Made by a program: the position numbers and the translations under genes
The notes under the pieces: model-generated
The model's input: only the letters and a program-made list of their open reading frames with translations
What the model was told of the DNA's origin: nothing
Databases searched by the model: none
Part shown: in pieces, positions 9,349-19,374 of the stretch
Numbering within the stretch: the first letter of the stretch is position 1
Layout: each line of letters starts with the position of its first letter
Source of the DNA: Candidatus Bathyarchaeia archaeon
Lineage (GTDB): Archaea; Thermoproteota; Bathyarchaeia; Bathyarchaeales; Bathycorpusculaceae
Direction: 5' to 3'
Length of the DNA stretch: 64,000 bases
Assembly (NCBI GenBank): GCA_049515895.1
Contig: JBEKTQ010000012.1
Location: forward strand, 1-64,000

Positions 9349-11049
9349 ATGCGTTTTTTAGGAAAAGGGAAAAGAAGATCGGTTGCAATGCGCGCTGCCA
9401 TAGTCGTTGTTGCAATTGTTATTCTTCTGGCAGTTGTTGGAGCAGTACTATTGTTTTCAACATCGGCTAAATCACCGGCCACCGCAACACCTAAACCCAC
9501 ACCTACCACGGCGCCAACGCCTACACCCACACAAACATCAACCGCAACGCCGACACCAACGCCTTCCCCAACACCCTCACCAACTCCCACACCGAATCCA
9601 ACACCCACTCCAACTCCTAATCCGACTCCTACACCCGCACCTTCAACAACTCCAACGCCAACTCCTGAAGACACACCTACACCAACACCAACGGACACTC
9701 CAACCCCCACACCCACTCCAACTCCAACTCCTAGTCCAGCACCCTCTCCAACACCAATCCCAACTCCAACACCCACGCCGACGCCTACACCAAGTCCAAC
9801 TCCAACTCCAACACCCACTCCAACTCCCACTCCAACCCCAACACCTACACCGACTCCAACACCAACACCTACACCGACTCCAACACCAACACCTACACCG
9901 ACTCCAACACCAACACCTACACCGACTCCAACACCAACACCTACACCGACTCCAACACCAACCCCTACGCCAACCCCTACGCCAACCCCTACGCCAACCC
10001 CTACGCCAACCCCTACGCCAACCCCTACGCCAACCCCTACGCCAACCCCAACTCCAACACCCACACCTACTCCAACGCCAACACCTCCACCCGGAAACCC
10101 TGTATCCACGTTTAATTTCACGGTCTCTGGAGCAGAAACTTCCGTTGTAGAGACGTTTTATCCTTCGAGCATAAGCAACGACAGTTCACACCCACTAATT
10201 GTATTCAGCATCGGCGGTGGATACGCCGGCTTATCAGTTGCAGATTACGTGCCGTTTCTGGATTACCTAGCGTTACACGGATACATTGTATGCGCCGCAA
10301 ACTGCAACCCATTGACAACTCGCGAAACTGGAGTGACGGACGAAACGCAAGCGGAAAATCTAATCGTAAACTATGCCTCTTCAGCAAGCTTTCCTTTAGC
10401 AACCGCGGTAAATCTCAAGGAGATAGGCGCACTTGGACACAGCAGAGGCGGAGAAAGTGCCATCGAACAAGCAGCAACAGATAACCGCATAAAAGTCATA
10501 CTTGGAATGTCCGCAGCGAACGATACATATGCCATCACCAACTCCAGCTACGTTAAGGTGCCAGCAATGTTACTCTTCGGTTCAAACGACCCAAACGCAC
10601 CCTTAAGCGACAACGTAAACTACTACAACAACTTCCAAGGCCAAAAAGAATACATCCAAATATCCGGAGCAACACATGACCTTGGCATATGGAACGGAAT
10701 TCCATACGGTTTTCCATACAACCTGACGACTGCACCGACCACAGAAAAATACGTGCTAGCATGGTTCAACTATTACTTATACTCAAATTCCACCGCTCTA
10801 AACGTCTTTAACGCAGCAGCCCTAGCAAACGACTATTCATCAGGCATAATCTCCAGCTACGCATTAAGCGGGATCAGTGCAAGTCCTCAGGAACTCTTAG
10901 CTTCCGGCACAAGCGTACCCTTACAGCTTGCGCAGGTCCTGAGTTCAACGGCGGCGTCAGCAGCACTTTTCCGGGCGTTTTTGACCTACAACCCCGTTCA
11001 GCCAAAACTGAACATCCTGCGCCGACGGCACGCAACAAAGAAAAACTAA
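9349..11049 (+). CDS. Membrane-anchored alpha/beta hydrolase (chlorophyllase/cutinase-like) on a long Pro-Thr stalk
   Basis: Basic N-terminus plus hydrophobic helix, ~200-aa PT region, nucleophile GHSRGG, candidate Asp in FGSND and His in GATHD; ATG 9349 preferred over TTG 9298. Confidence 0.85.
   Translation: MRFLGKGKRRSVAMRAAIVVVAIVILLAVVGAVLLFSTSAKSPATATPKPTPTTAPTPTPTQTSTATPTPTPSPTPSPTPTPNPTPTPTPNPTPTPAPSTTPTPTPEDTPTPTPTDTPTPTPTPTPTPSPAPSPTPIPTPTPTPTPTPSPTPTPTPTPTPTPTPTPTPTPTPTPTPTPTPTPTPTPTPTPTPTPTPTPTPTPTPTPTPTPTPTPTPTPTPTPTPTPTPTPTPTPTPTPTPTPTPTPPPGNPVSTFNFTVSGAETSVVETFYPSSISNDSSHPLIVFSIGGGYAGLSVADYVPFLDYLALHGYIVCAANCNPLTTRETGVTDETQAENLIVNYASSASFPLATAVNLKEIGALGHSRGGESAIEQAATDNRIKVILGMSAANDTYAITNSSYVKVPAMLLFGSNDPNAPLSDNVNYYNNFQGQKEYIQISGATHDLGIWNGIPYGFPYNLTTAPTTEKYVLAWFNYYLYSNSTALNVFNAAALANDYSSGIISSYALSGISASPQELLASGTSVPLQLAQVLSSTAASAALFRAFLTYNPVQPKLNILRRRHATKKN
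9841..10044 (+). repeat. Perfect tandem repeats in the PT stalk: 5 x 24 bp then 7 x 12 bp
   Basis: ACACCTACACCGACTCCAACACCA x5 (9841-9960) and ACCCCTACGCCA x7 (9961-10044). Confidence 0.95.
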
Positions 11050-11137
11050 CGCAAAAAAATCGATTCAGCAACCCGCTGACGCCAGGTGACAGAGAGACTA
11101 ACTGTGTCCGACAGACATTATTCACGGCGCGCGAGAA

Positions 11138-11187
11138 AATGGCGCGGGATGTGGGATTGGATTACCCTAAAAAAGCATGGGTTATTT
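11138..11187 (-). repeat. att-like direct repeat, copy 1 (degenerate tRNA-Leu 3' end plus 28-bp core)
   Basis: 46/50 identical to 14006-14055; on the minus strand it ends AATCCCACATCCCGCGCCA. Confidence 0.8.
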
Positions 11188-11370
11188 GATTTTAACGTTA
11201 GCATGACCTGAGCGTGCGCCCTGTCGCTCTTTATGGGTTTGGTTTTTCTTGTTTGAAGAGAGCTTGCAGAACCTGTGCAGATTTAAGACTTATCTTTATG
11301 AAAACTTAGCAGAAATTCATAAAACTGATTAAACAAGAATTGTCTGTAAGCTATGTTGAGGTAAACTGGA

Positions 11371-11739
11371 ACGTTCTGTCCTTCATGTGGCAAACAAGTA
11401 GAAGAAAACAATAATTTTTGTCCATATTGCGCCAAACCGTTACCCCCTGAAAAACCTCAAGTACGTCATGTTTGGAATCCGCCTACGAAACGACCTCAAC
11501 CCCAAGCAGAACAGCGTAATTTCACGCCCCAACAAGAGTTTCTTCTTGGGTTTGTGCGCGCGCGCAAGACGCAAAAAATAAAAACCTGCTGGCGAGTGCT
11601 TGAAAGAGCCAGAGACAAAACAGAAGAACAGCTTAAAGGGAGAATAGTTAGAAAGTTAGAAAATGAGCGCAATAATATTAGTTCCTGTGTTCATAGTCTT
11701 TTTGGTAATGATGGTGTACGTCTTCTATTGGTGTGCTAA
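11371..11739 (+). pseudogene. Double zinc-ribbon protein remnant with ACG in place of ATG; appears broken at the (GC)5 run
   Basis: GAGGT SD, then ACG-FCPSCGKQVEENNNFCPYCAKPL; the hydrophobic stretch EFLLGFV ends at GCGCGCGCGC (11556-11565). Confidence 0.65.
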
Positions 11740-12259
11740 GGAGTCAAGTAAAGCCCGAGCAAAGAGTAAGCTTAAGCATCCTACCGATTGGGAGAAGATG
11801 CTTGAAAGAGAAAGAAGAAAGAAAGAAAACGTCACTTCATTTGTTGTCGCTTTAGCCTATGTTTATATTTGGGCTTTTAAAGAACGTCAATCCTATTACC
11901 GAAAAATTAGCGAAAAAGAAGAAAGACCTTATTACATATCTAATGAAGAATTAAAGAAAATCAACGATTTAGCTAAGCTTGCAGGTGAAGAAACTGGAAA
12001 CGACGAGCTTTGGAAAGTTATTAGTTACGTGGAGCTAACAGGCGCAAGACTAAAAGAAGCCATCAAAGCTGTTGAGTGCGACAAGATTACTTATGAACAG
12101 GTTACTGAATTTTTGCAAAAGCAGGGCAGAAAAGCGCATGATCTTCGCCAAAAATGGATGTTTCATGCTGTACTAATTAATGCGCATCCACAAGTAGCGG
12201 GTAAGCTATTAGGTCATAAGTTTTCGAAAATCACAGTTGACGACGAAGAAGAAAAATAG
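11663..12259 (+). CDS. Degenerate tyrosine-recombinase-like protein with N-terminal TM segment
   Basis: ELTGARLKEA (R), KAHDLR (HxxR), KLLGH; no Tyr after LLGH; hydrophobic N-terminus. Confidence 0.7.
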   Translation: MSAIILVPVFIVFLVMMVYVFYWCAKESSKARAKSKLKHPTDWEKMLERERRKKENVTSFVVALAYVYIWAFKERQSYYRKISEKEERPYYISNEELKKINDLAKLAGEETGNDELWKVISYVELTGARLKEAIKAVECDKITYEQVTEFLQKQGRKAHDLRQKWMFHAVLINAHPQVAGKLLGHKFSKITVDDEEEK

Positions 12260-12444
12260 TTGACTCAATTATTGAAAGCGGAGCCAGATAAAAGATGAAA
12301 TCTCGGGTTGAGGAAATTCGTTAAATTCCCTACATTGTTTTCGACTCAATAATTATCCAAGCCAACCTTAATGACTTTTCTGCCCCAGTAACCTGAGCCA
12401 AAAACAGCCAGGTTAGCGTTTCCATTCATCTCCATACTTATCCT

Positions 12445-13431
12445 CTATTTAACGATGGAAAAATCGTCGACCTTTTTACTTGCATAATCAATTTCATCTT
12501 TTTTATGCCACGCGAGACATGCTTGTATGCCTTCTTCCAGAGAGACTTTGGGGGCGTAACCGAGCGCTTTGTTCGCTTTTTTGATACAGGCGAGGGTCAC
12601 CTTGACATCGCCTCTTTGAGGAGGTTGGTGGTCGATTTTGGCTTTTTTGCCGGTTGTTTTCTCGATGATTCTCACGAGGTTATTGATGGTGGTTTTTCTA
12701 CCCGAGCCAATATTGAATACCTCGCCATCTGAATTGTTTAAACTTGCAAGCAAATTCGCTTGAATTATGTCTGCTACATAGGTGAAATCTCTTGCTTGGT
12801 TGCCGTCGCCGTAGATTGTTATTGGTTCATTTGCCAGGATTGCTTTGAGGAATCTGTGTATGGCTAGGTCGGGACGAAGTTTTGGTCCATAAACCGTGAA
12901 AAACCTCAAGCAAGTCATCGGTATTCCGAAGCTCTTGTTGTATGCCATGCAAAGGTTTTCTGCTGCCAGTTTGGTGACGCCGTAGGGCGAGATGGGTCTT
13001 GGCAATTTTTTTTCTGTGATTGCCCGACTATTTATTTGACCATAAACAGAGGAAGAAGACGCAAACACAAACTTTTTGGGGGTATTCTTTATGCACTTTT
13101 CCAGAAGGCTTTGAGTTGCGAGAATGTTATTGCGCAAGTATATGTCGAAGGTTTGACCCCAAGATTTTCTAACGCCGGGCTCGGCCGCAAAATGAAAAAT
13201 TAATTCTGGCTGTATGTCGTTAAGTTCTAAGTCGAGGACGTCCAGAGGCAGGAATTTGAAGTTTTCGCAGGTTAACAAATGTGCCAAATTGCGAAGTTTG
13301 GTTTCCTTCGAATAATAGTCAGTAAAACAATCTACGCCGACAACATCGAATTTAGAGATGAGGCTTTCTGCAAGATGAGATCCTATGAAGCCAGCAACCC
13401 CGGTAACTAACGCTGTTTTTTTCAAGACCAA
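12445..13431 (-). CDS. NAD-dependent nucleotide-sugar epimerase (UDP-glucuronate/UDP-glucose 4-epimerase-like, extended SDR)
   Basis: TGVAGFIG, ASSSSVYG, YGVTK (YxxxK), RFFTVYGP, RPDLA. Confidence 0.92.
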   Translation of the reverse strand: MVLKKTALVTGVAGFIGSHLAESLISKFDVVGVDCFTDYYSKETKLRNLAHLLTCENFKFLPLDVLDLELNDIQPELIFHFAAEPGVRKSWGQTFDIYLRNNILATQSLLEKCIKNTPKKFVFASSSSVYGQINSRAITEKKLPRPISPYGVTKLAAENLCMAYNKSFGIPMTCLRFFTVYGPKLRPDLAIHRFLKAILANEPITIYGDGNQARDFTYVADIIQANLLASLNNSDGEVFNIGSGRKTTINNLVRIIEKTTGKKAKIDHQPPQRGDVKVTLACIKKANKALGYAPKVSLEEGIQACLAWHKKDEIDYASKKVDDFSIVK

Positions 13432-13655
13432 TACCTCTTAAACTGCATGATGAATAGTTGATGCATACGGCGTCCGCAAATAGTTAATTTCGTCTTTCGG
13501 CAATATTAGGGTAATTGAACTTCTCAAACAGGCTTTGCAGAGTTATTCCTTTAAAGTAATGTTGAAAAGGTTCTGTTACCTCTTCGGTAATCCATGACTT
13601 CTTTTGAGACGGTTGCTTTTCGGTTGATAACTACTCATTGTAGCCAGATATACCG

Positions 13656-13862
13656 TTAAGCCATACCAAAAGAATAGATAAGGTACAGAAATATCACTAA
13701 CATCAAGCTTCCAGCAATAATGCAATCTATCATTATCCTGTTTGCCGATCTTACACCTTGCCAATCCTTTGAATGTTTACGTTTGTACAGTAAGTTGAAA
13801 ACTAATCCTGCAATTATTATTGCAAAACATATAGCAATTGCTTCAAAAATCAAGATTTCCAT
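13656..13862 (-). CDS. Small two-TM membrane protein
   Basis: Two hydrophobic helices separated by a basic loop. Confidence 0.6.
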   Translation of the reverse strand: MEILIFEAIAICFAIIIAGLVFNLLYKRKHSKDWQGVRSANRIMIDCIIAGSLMLVIFLYLIYSFGMA

Positions 13863-14005
13863 TTTTTTCTCTAATCCTGTTTTGTAAACTTAGTATTTGA
13901 ATCTTTACCGTTGCAAAAATTAGTTGCTATGGGTAAATTTTATTCTAACAAAACTCCTCTCGAACCGCAAAACAAATCTATGACATTTGAAGAATAAATA
14001 ATTGG

Positions 14006-14055
14006 AATGGTGCGGGAGGCGGGATTTGATTACCCTAAAAAAGCATGGGTTATTT
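14006..14055 (-). repeat. att-like direct repeat, copy 2 (tRNA-Leu 3' fragment plus 28-bp core)
   Basis: Minus strand TCAAATCCCGCCTCCCGCACCA = part of T-loop, T-stem, acceptor strand (pairs with GCGGGAG), discriminator A and CCA. Confidence 0.85.
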
Positions 14056-14195
14056 ATTTATTCACTACAATTTGCCCTACCCACAGCCTTTCAGAGCAGC
14101 CACAAACACTACCTTGTTTGTCAGAAGAAACCCTGAAGAAAAGCCTGAACCAAGAAATATGAGCTGGAAATAGCAGACATCTAACCCCTTCTTAA

Positions 14196-14238
14196 TGGCG
14201 GGTCCGGTGGGACTCGCTTAATTATTTAAGCGAATCCC
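14196..14238 (-). other. Second tRNA 3'-end fragment (G discriminator, Lys/Arg-like) merged into a 13-bp inverted repeat; probable att scar
   Basis: Minus strand CGAGTCCCACCGGACCCGCCA; plus strand GGGACTCGCTTAA-TTAT-TTAAGCGAATCCC. Confidence 0.7.
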
Positions 14239-15211
14239 TAAAGGAAAGGCAACCAGCGACGCCATTGAAAACACTTTCTCTCTATCAGCAACACTTTCTG
14301 TCTACGGCTATTTTTACGAAGAAGAAAAGCAAAATAGCAGGAATCAATTCGGGTAAACTCTAAAACAAAGAGGTGGCAAGATAAGATTCCAGAAGCAAAA
14401 ACGTTCTTGCAAAAAGTTTGCGAGTAAAGCGCCTCGTCACGGTTAGGTGCTCGTTATCTCCGTGTCTGCTGGAGAATGATAACGGAGCACAGGTTTAAAA
14501 CGGCTTAGGCTTCTGTTTCTGTTTTATTTTGCCTTTCGTTTTCTGTTATAGCTGATTTCTTGGTTTGGTCTTGGATGCGAGGTTTGGCTTCATTGCTGGC
14601 TCTCCCATGAAAAAACACCCCTCCCCCTACCTATTTTCATCTTGAGGAGGCTACCCTACCCGAAAAGGGAATTAGAAAATAAAAAGAATATTGTGCATTA
14701 GCGCTAACCTTGTTATTGAGCCAGCCAACACTACTTCGGGGCTTCACACCATCGCAGCTGTTTGTTCTAAAAGCCGTTTGGAAGATTGGCATTGAAGCCG
14801 AAACTATTGGACAGAACAGTTACAACATCATAACTATCCTATTGAATAAGGCCAGCGCAATTTTGGTTCCCTTTGGCTTAGGTTGCGATGTTTCCGCTAC
14901 AGACGCTATGGCGGTTTTGGCGAAAGTCGTAGCGTTATTTCGGTTAGGTTGGCATACGGTCAGATTGATTGAGACTTATCTTTGTTGCGAATTGTGAAGA
15001 ATTTTTGATTTCGCCTGCAAGTTTCACTGTTATGAAGGCTATACAAATAACAGACAGAACTTCTGTTTTGCGTCCAGTTAGATATGGACTACTACATATC
15101 GCAGTCACTCGATTGAGCATCACCCATTCAGCGCGCGCTTACTATGTATTCAGGATTCATTGAGCTTATATAACAAATGTTCGATAACTTCTTTTTCTGG
15201 CGTTTAGATAA

Positions 15212-16129
15212 ATGTACTATTATGCATGGTACGGCTATAATCCCTCGAAAAAGATGGAGCTTAAAGCGCCAACGATTCAAGGAACAAAGGAAATTTCTGT
15301 TGTCATACCGGTTAGAAATAATCAAATAGGTATCAGCCGTTTTCTTCTAACATTTTTTAACAAATGTATGTCCACTTCGCTACCTCGAGAGGTTATTATC
15401 GTAAGAGACCACGGAACTCCAATTACCGTTCCTGAGGAATGCCGAACTTATGGAACCGAAGTAAAGGTATTGGACTCAGAAGGAACTGGACCTGCGAGCG
15501 CCAGGAATTTTGGATATAGAAACGCCAAAGGAAACTGGATACTCTTTACAGATAGCGATTGTATTCCTTCCTCAACACTTTTAGATGGTTATATCCGAGC
15601 GAGCAACGGATCAGTGGGCTATGCAGGCGCAGTTGCCTCTTTCGGAAAAGATATCATTTCAAGGTATTATGAAAGCCAAAGCATACTTGTCCCATCTGCA
15701 ACTTACAATAATAACGTCTACTCCCCCGACTATCTTATAACGGCAAACTCGCTAGTTTGGAAAGATGCCTTCGAATTAGTTGGGGGTTTCGACGAGGAAA
15801 TCCAAATAGCAGCAGGCGAAGATGTTGACCTCGGCTTTAGGCTGCGAGAAATAGGCCAATTAAGCTTTGCTCCCACTTCTGTTGTTTTCCATGATTTCGA
15901 TAATGGACTTGTGGGATTTGTTAAAAGATTTATTCGCTACGGAAGTGGAAATCGGCAACTCGCAAAAAGATATAGCTTAGCCATTAAGCCAAGACCATTC
16001 AAACCCGCAAATAATAATTTTGCAAATGCGATGTTAGCTTCTCTTCAATATCTGAGCATGCTTTGGGGTTGGCAGTCAAGCAACAAATTTACTCATAACC
16101 GCTACAATGGACTTAAGAATAGGGGATAA
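15212..16129 (+). CDS. Family 2 glycosyltransferase (start possibly 15253)
   Basis: ISVVIPVRN, GPASARNFG, FTDSD (DxD), GGFDE..GEDVDL. Confidence 0.9.
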   Translation: MYYYAWYGYNPSKKMELKAPTIQGTKEISVVIPVRNNQIGISRFLLTFFNKCMSTSLPREVIIVRDHGTPITVPEECRTYGTEVKVLDSEGTGPASARNFGYRNAKGNWILFTDSDCIPSSTLLDGYIRASNGSVGYAGAVASFGKDIISRYYESQSILVPSATYNNNVYSPDYLITANSLVWKDAFELVGGFDEEIQIAAGEDVDLGFRLREIGQLSFAPTSVVFHDFDNGLVGFVKRFIRYGSGNRQLAKRYSLAIKPRPFKPANNNFANAMLASLQYLSMLWGWQSSNKFTHNRYNGLKNRG

Positions 16130-16146
16130 AGCCTTTCTGGAGTGAC

Positions 16147-16402
16147 CGCGCGCGCTGGCACTCAGGTAACTCAAATCGCCTATATTAAAAACACTGGGAA
16201 CATCGCAGAAAACTTGACCATGTCCACGACCAGTTGGAGCCCATCAAACGCTTGGACATATCTCACATTGAATTGGTCGCCAACATCATCAACATTAGCC
16301 GCTGGAGCAACAACTTCAGCAACATTAACTCTTACAGCATCATCAGGTGCAGGTGCACTCTCAACATTCAGCGTCAACATAGTCTTCACGGGCACACAGT
16401 AA
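16147..16402 (+). pseudogene. C-terminal half of a small secreted beta-sandwich protein, 5'-truncated at a (CG)n run
   Basis: AYIKNTGN..LTMSTTSWSPSNA..LTLNW..ATLTLT..FSVNIVFTG; no signal peptide; frame begins at CGCGCGCGC. Confidence 0.65.
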
Positions 16403-16857
16403 ACAACTCACCTTAACAAAACCACATCGGGAGACTCCAACATCAAAATTTCATCCATTAGCTTTCCCATCAAAATATTATGAAAGTCTTCCCTTTCCAT
16501 GCAGTACTTCGCTTCTTAAACAATGTAACGCTCAAAAAACAAATAAGCAATATTTCCAAAAACGCAAAATATCCAAAATCTGCATAACGAAGATTAAACT
16601 AAAACATCAGTGAAAGCAGTGTTGCGGGCATAGTCACGACTAAGCAGAGTAAATGTTAAAAAAAATGGAGATGATGAAAGCACTCTAGGTTTCGCTTTCT
16701 ATATTAAAGTTGGAAAAATTAGTTGGCATGGTGTCAGTTTCTTGGCAATTCGAAGAGGGAATTTTTTTGGGGGGTTGGTTTTTCCATGTGGATGCAGCTT
16801 TGTCGTCTTTTTTTATGAATTTTTTGTTATAAACCCTACCTTTTTCCTTTTTTTCAA

Positions 16858-17871
16858 TTAGTTGCTTTTAGATTCAAACCATTTTATTGTTTCTTTAAGC
16901 CCTTCGTCGAAGCTTACGCTTGGTCTCCACTTCAAAAGTTTTTCTATTTTGTGTGTGTCGGGGCAGCGTCTTTTTGGGTCATCTATAGGCAGTGGTTGAA
17001 ATTTGATTGCTGAATGGCATTTGGATATTTTCTTGATTTTTTTTGCAAGCTCCAGAATTTCTATTTCTTGAGTATTTCCAATATTTACCGCTTCACCAAT
17101 GGCTTTCTCGCAGGTTGACAGGAGCAACAAGCCAGCAACCGTATCTGTTACGTAACAAAATGTCCTCGTTTGTTTTCCATCACCATAAACCGTTATCGGT
17201 TCCTCAGTCAAAGCCTGCAATATGAAACGCGACATAGCCCTGCCATACAAGCCGTCTTCTCGTAAACGTGGGCCGTATGTGTTGAAAATCCTCGGAAGCT
17301 TCACGTCTAATCCATATTGCTCATGATATGCCATAAACAATGCTTCTGCAAACCGTTTTCCCTCATCATAACAAGACCGTGGACCAATCGGATTGACTGT
17401 TCCCCAGTATGTCTCGGGTGTAGGTACAATTTCTGCATCTCCATAAACCTCCGAAGTCGAAGCAAACAGTAAAGTAGCATCGTTCTTCCTAGCCAAGTCA
17501 GCCATATTAGCACTACCCACGGAACTAGTCTGCAATGTTTCAATTGGATGCGCCTGGTACTCATCAGGGGACGCATGCCCAGCCATATGCAAAATGAAAT
17601 CGAACCTTTCTTGGCTTTTGAACGTACAAACATCCTCCTTTATGAATTTAAATTTGGGTTTATTCATCGAATGGTTAATGTTTTTCATTCGTCCAGTTGA
17701 TAAATCATCAACAACCGTTACATCAGCGCCAAAATCAACTAGCACATCGCAGAGCCAACTGCCGATAAAACCCGCTCCTCCCGTTACTAGCACCTTCTTT
17801 TCCGTGAAGGACTCGCCTTTCACGTTGCTTTTTATTTTTTCAATGCCTTCGCGTATTATGTCGTCCATCAT
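16858..17871 (-). CDS. uxs: UDP-glucuronate decarboxylase (UDP-xylose synthase)
   Basis: TGGAGFIG, ASTSEVYG, GPRSCYDEGKR, RIFNTYGP, DDPKRRCPD. Confidence 0.92.
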   Translation of the reverse strand: MMDDIIREGIEKIKSNVKGESFTEKKVLVTGGAGFIGSWLCDVLVDFGADVTVVDDLSTGRMKNINHSMNKPKFKFIKEDVCTFKSQERFDFILHMAGHASPDEYQAHPIETLQTSSVGSANMADLARKNDATLLFASTSEVYGDAEIVPTPETYWGTVNPIGPRSCYDEGKRFAEALFMAYHEQYGLDVKLPRIFNTYGPRLREDGLYGRAMSRFILQALTEEPITVYGDGKQTRTFCYVTDTVAGLLLLSTCEKAIGEAVNIGNTQEIEILELAKKIKKISKCHSAIKFQPLPIDDPKRRCPDTHKIEKLLKWRPSVSFDEGLKETIKWFESKSN

Positions 17872-18024
17872 AGACTTATGCTCCTACAAAACTGGTTGTA
17901 CGAAAGCTCTAACGCTTCCTAGTACAACTTTGCGAATCATTAACGTCATCTTACCTTAAGGTTTCTTATTTAGCAAATATATATTTAAGGTACCTTAATT
18001 CAAATTGCATTTAATCTAAGGGAT

Positions 18025-19374
18025 TTGCCTTTGAAAAAGCAACATAAAGTATCTGTAATAGGCGTAGGTTACGTGGGTTTATGTACAGCAGTCGGATTTG
18101 CGAGCCGAGGTTGTGATGTCCTCGCTTCGGATGTTGACGCTGAGAAGGCAGCAAAAATTAACCAAGGTATTCCCCCTTTCCATGAGCCTGATCTCCAAGA
18201 AAAGCTAAAGGTCTGTATTCAAAGAGGCACACTGAAATGCTTAGTTAACCAATCTGAAAAAGTCGTATGTGATTCAGACTTGACTTTTGTGACAGTTGGT
18301 ACACCGAGCAAACCAGACGGCAGCATAAACCTCAAATGCATAAAATCAGCCGCACATGACATAGGCAAAGCGCTAAAACAAAAGAAACACTACCATGTCA
18401 CCATAATCAAAAGCACCGTCGTACCTGGAACAACACAAAACGGTGTCAAACCAATTCTCGAAAAAGAATCAAAAAAAACCTGTGGTTCAGATTTCGGTTT
18501 ATGCATGAACCCAGAATTTCTCCGACAAGGCTCAGCATTCCAAGACACTATAAATGCCGACCGCGTAGTCATAGGTTCACATGATAAACGATCAGGCGAC
18601 GCCTTGGAAGAATTATACAAAGACTTCTATAGCGCTCATTTACCTCCAATAATTCGGACCACACTTTCCACAGCTGAACTCATAAAATACGCCAGCAACG
18701 CCATGCTAGCCACAAAAATCAGCTTCATAAACACCATAGCTAACATATGCGAAAAAATCCCAGGCGCAGACGTCAAAGTTGTAGCAACAGCCATGGGACT
18801 AGACAAACGCATAGGACCACAATTCCTAGACGCAGGCTTGGGCTACGGAGGCTCATGCTTTCCCAAAGACGTAAAAGCCCTCATCGCCTCCTCAAAAACC
18901 TTCAACTACCCTCCTGAACTTTTAGAATCTGTTGAAAATGTAAATCACAATCAACCTCTCAAAGCGATTGAGTTCTGCAAACAACGACTCGGTAACTTGG
19001 CAGGCAAAAACATTGCTATCTTAGGCTTAGCCTTCAAACCCGACACAGATGATATGAGAGAAGCCCGGGTGATACCCATAATAAACCATCTGCTTAAGGA
19101 AGGTGCCAACGTAACTGCCTACGACCCAGTAGCAGTCGCCGTCGCGAAAGCCCTCTTTCAAAACAAAATCCAATACGCCCCCACAGCCGTTAACTGCCTT
19201 AAAAATGCAGACTGCGCCATACTAGTAACTGAATGGGATGAATTCAAAAAACTCACCCCTGAAGACTTCACAAAAAACATGAGACAACCCATACTCATCG
19301 ACGGCAGAAGAATCTATAACCCTGAGCTCTTCAGCAAAAAACTCAATTTCACGGCGATAGGCCTAGGAAACTAA
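18025..19374 (+). CDS. ugd: UDP-glucose 6-dehydrogenase
   Basis: GVGYVG, KSTVVPG, NPEFLRQG, GYGGSCFPKD, GLAFKPDTDDMRE. Confidence 0.95.
   Translation: MPLKKQHKVSVIGVGYVGLCTAVGFASRGCDVLASDVDAEKAAKINQGIPPFHEPDLQEKLKVCIQRGTLKCLVNQSEKVVCDSDLTFVTVGTPSKPDGSINLKCIKSAAHDIGKALKQKKHYHVTIIKSTVVPGTTQNGVKPILEKESKKTCGSDFGLCMNPEFLRQGSAFQDTINADRVVIGSHDKRSGDALEELYKDFYSAHLPPIIRTTLSTAELIKYASNAMLATKISFINTIANICEKIPGADVKVVATAMGLDKRIGPQFLDAGLGYGGSCFPKDVKALIASSKTFNYPPELLESVENVNHNQPLKAIEFCKQRLGNLAGKNIAILGLAFKPDTDDMREARVIPIINHLLKEGANVTAYDPVAVAVAKALFQNKIQYAPTAVNCLKNADCAILVTEWDEFKKLTPEDFTKNMRQPILIDGRRIYNPELFSKKLNFTAIGLGN

Larger units (their letters stand above)
11138..14055. mobile_element. ~2.9-kb integrated-element relic bounded by tRNA-Leu-derived direct repeats
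   Basis: 50-bp direct repeats flank an integrase-like gene, an epimerase and a small membrane protein. Confidence 0.6.

Noticed and set aside
9841-10044. Possible CRISPR array
   Set aside because: Head-to-tail repeats with no spacers, in frame within a CDS; no cas genes in the window.
9303-10150. Long GV-repeat (minus strand) and Q/H/L-repeat (alternative plus frame) ORFs
   Set aside because: Shadows of the PT-stalk codons; the repeats lack stops in these frames.
11160-11187. 28-mer as an Xer/dif site
   Set aside because: It does not fit an 11-6-11 dyad with matching inner arms; kept only as a generic att core.
14006-14216. Complete tRNA genes
   Set aside because: Only ~21-nt 3' ends are present; no D or anticodon arms adjoin them.
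14710-15163. ORFs 14710-14997 and 14969-15163
   Set aside because: No recognisable features; probably decayed sequence in the scar region.
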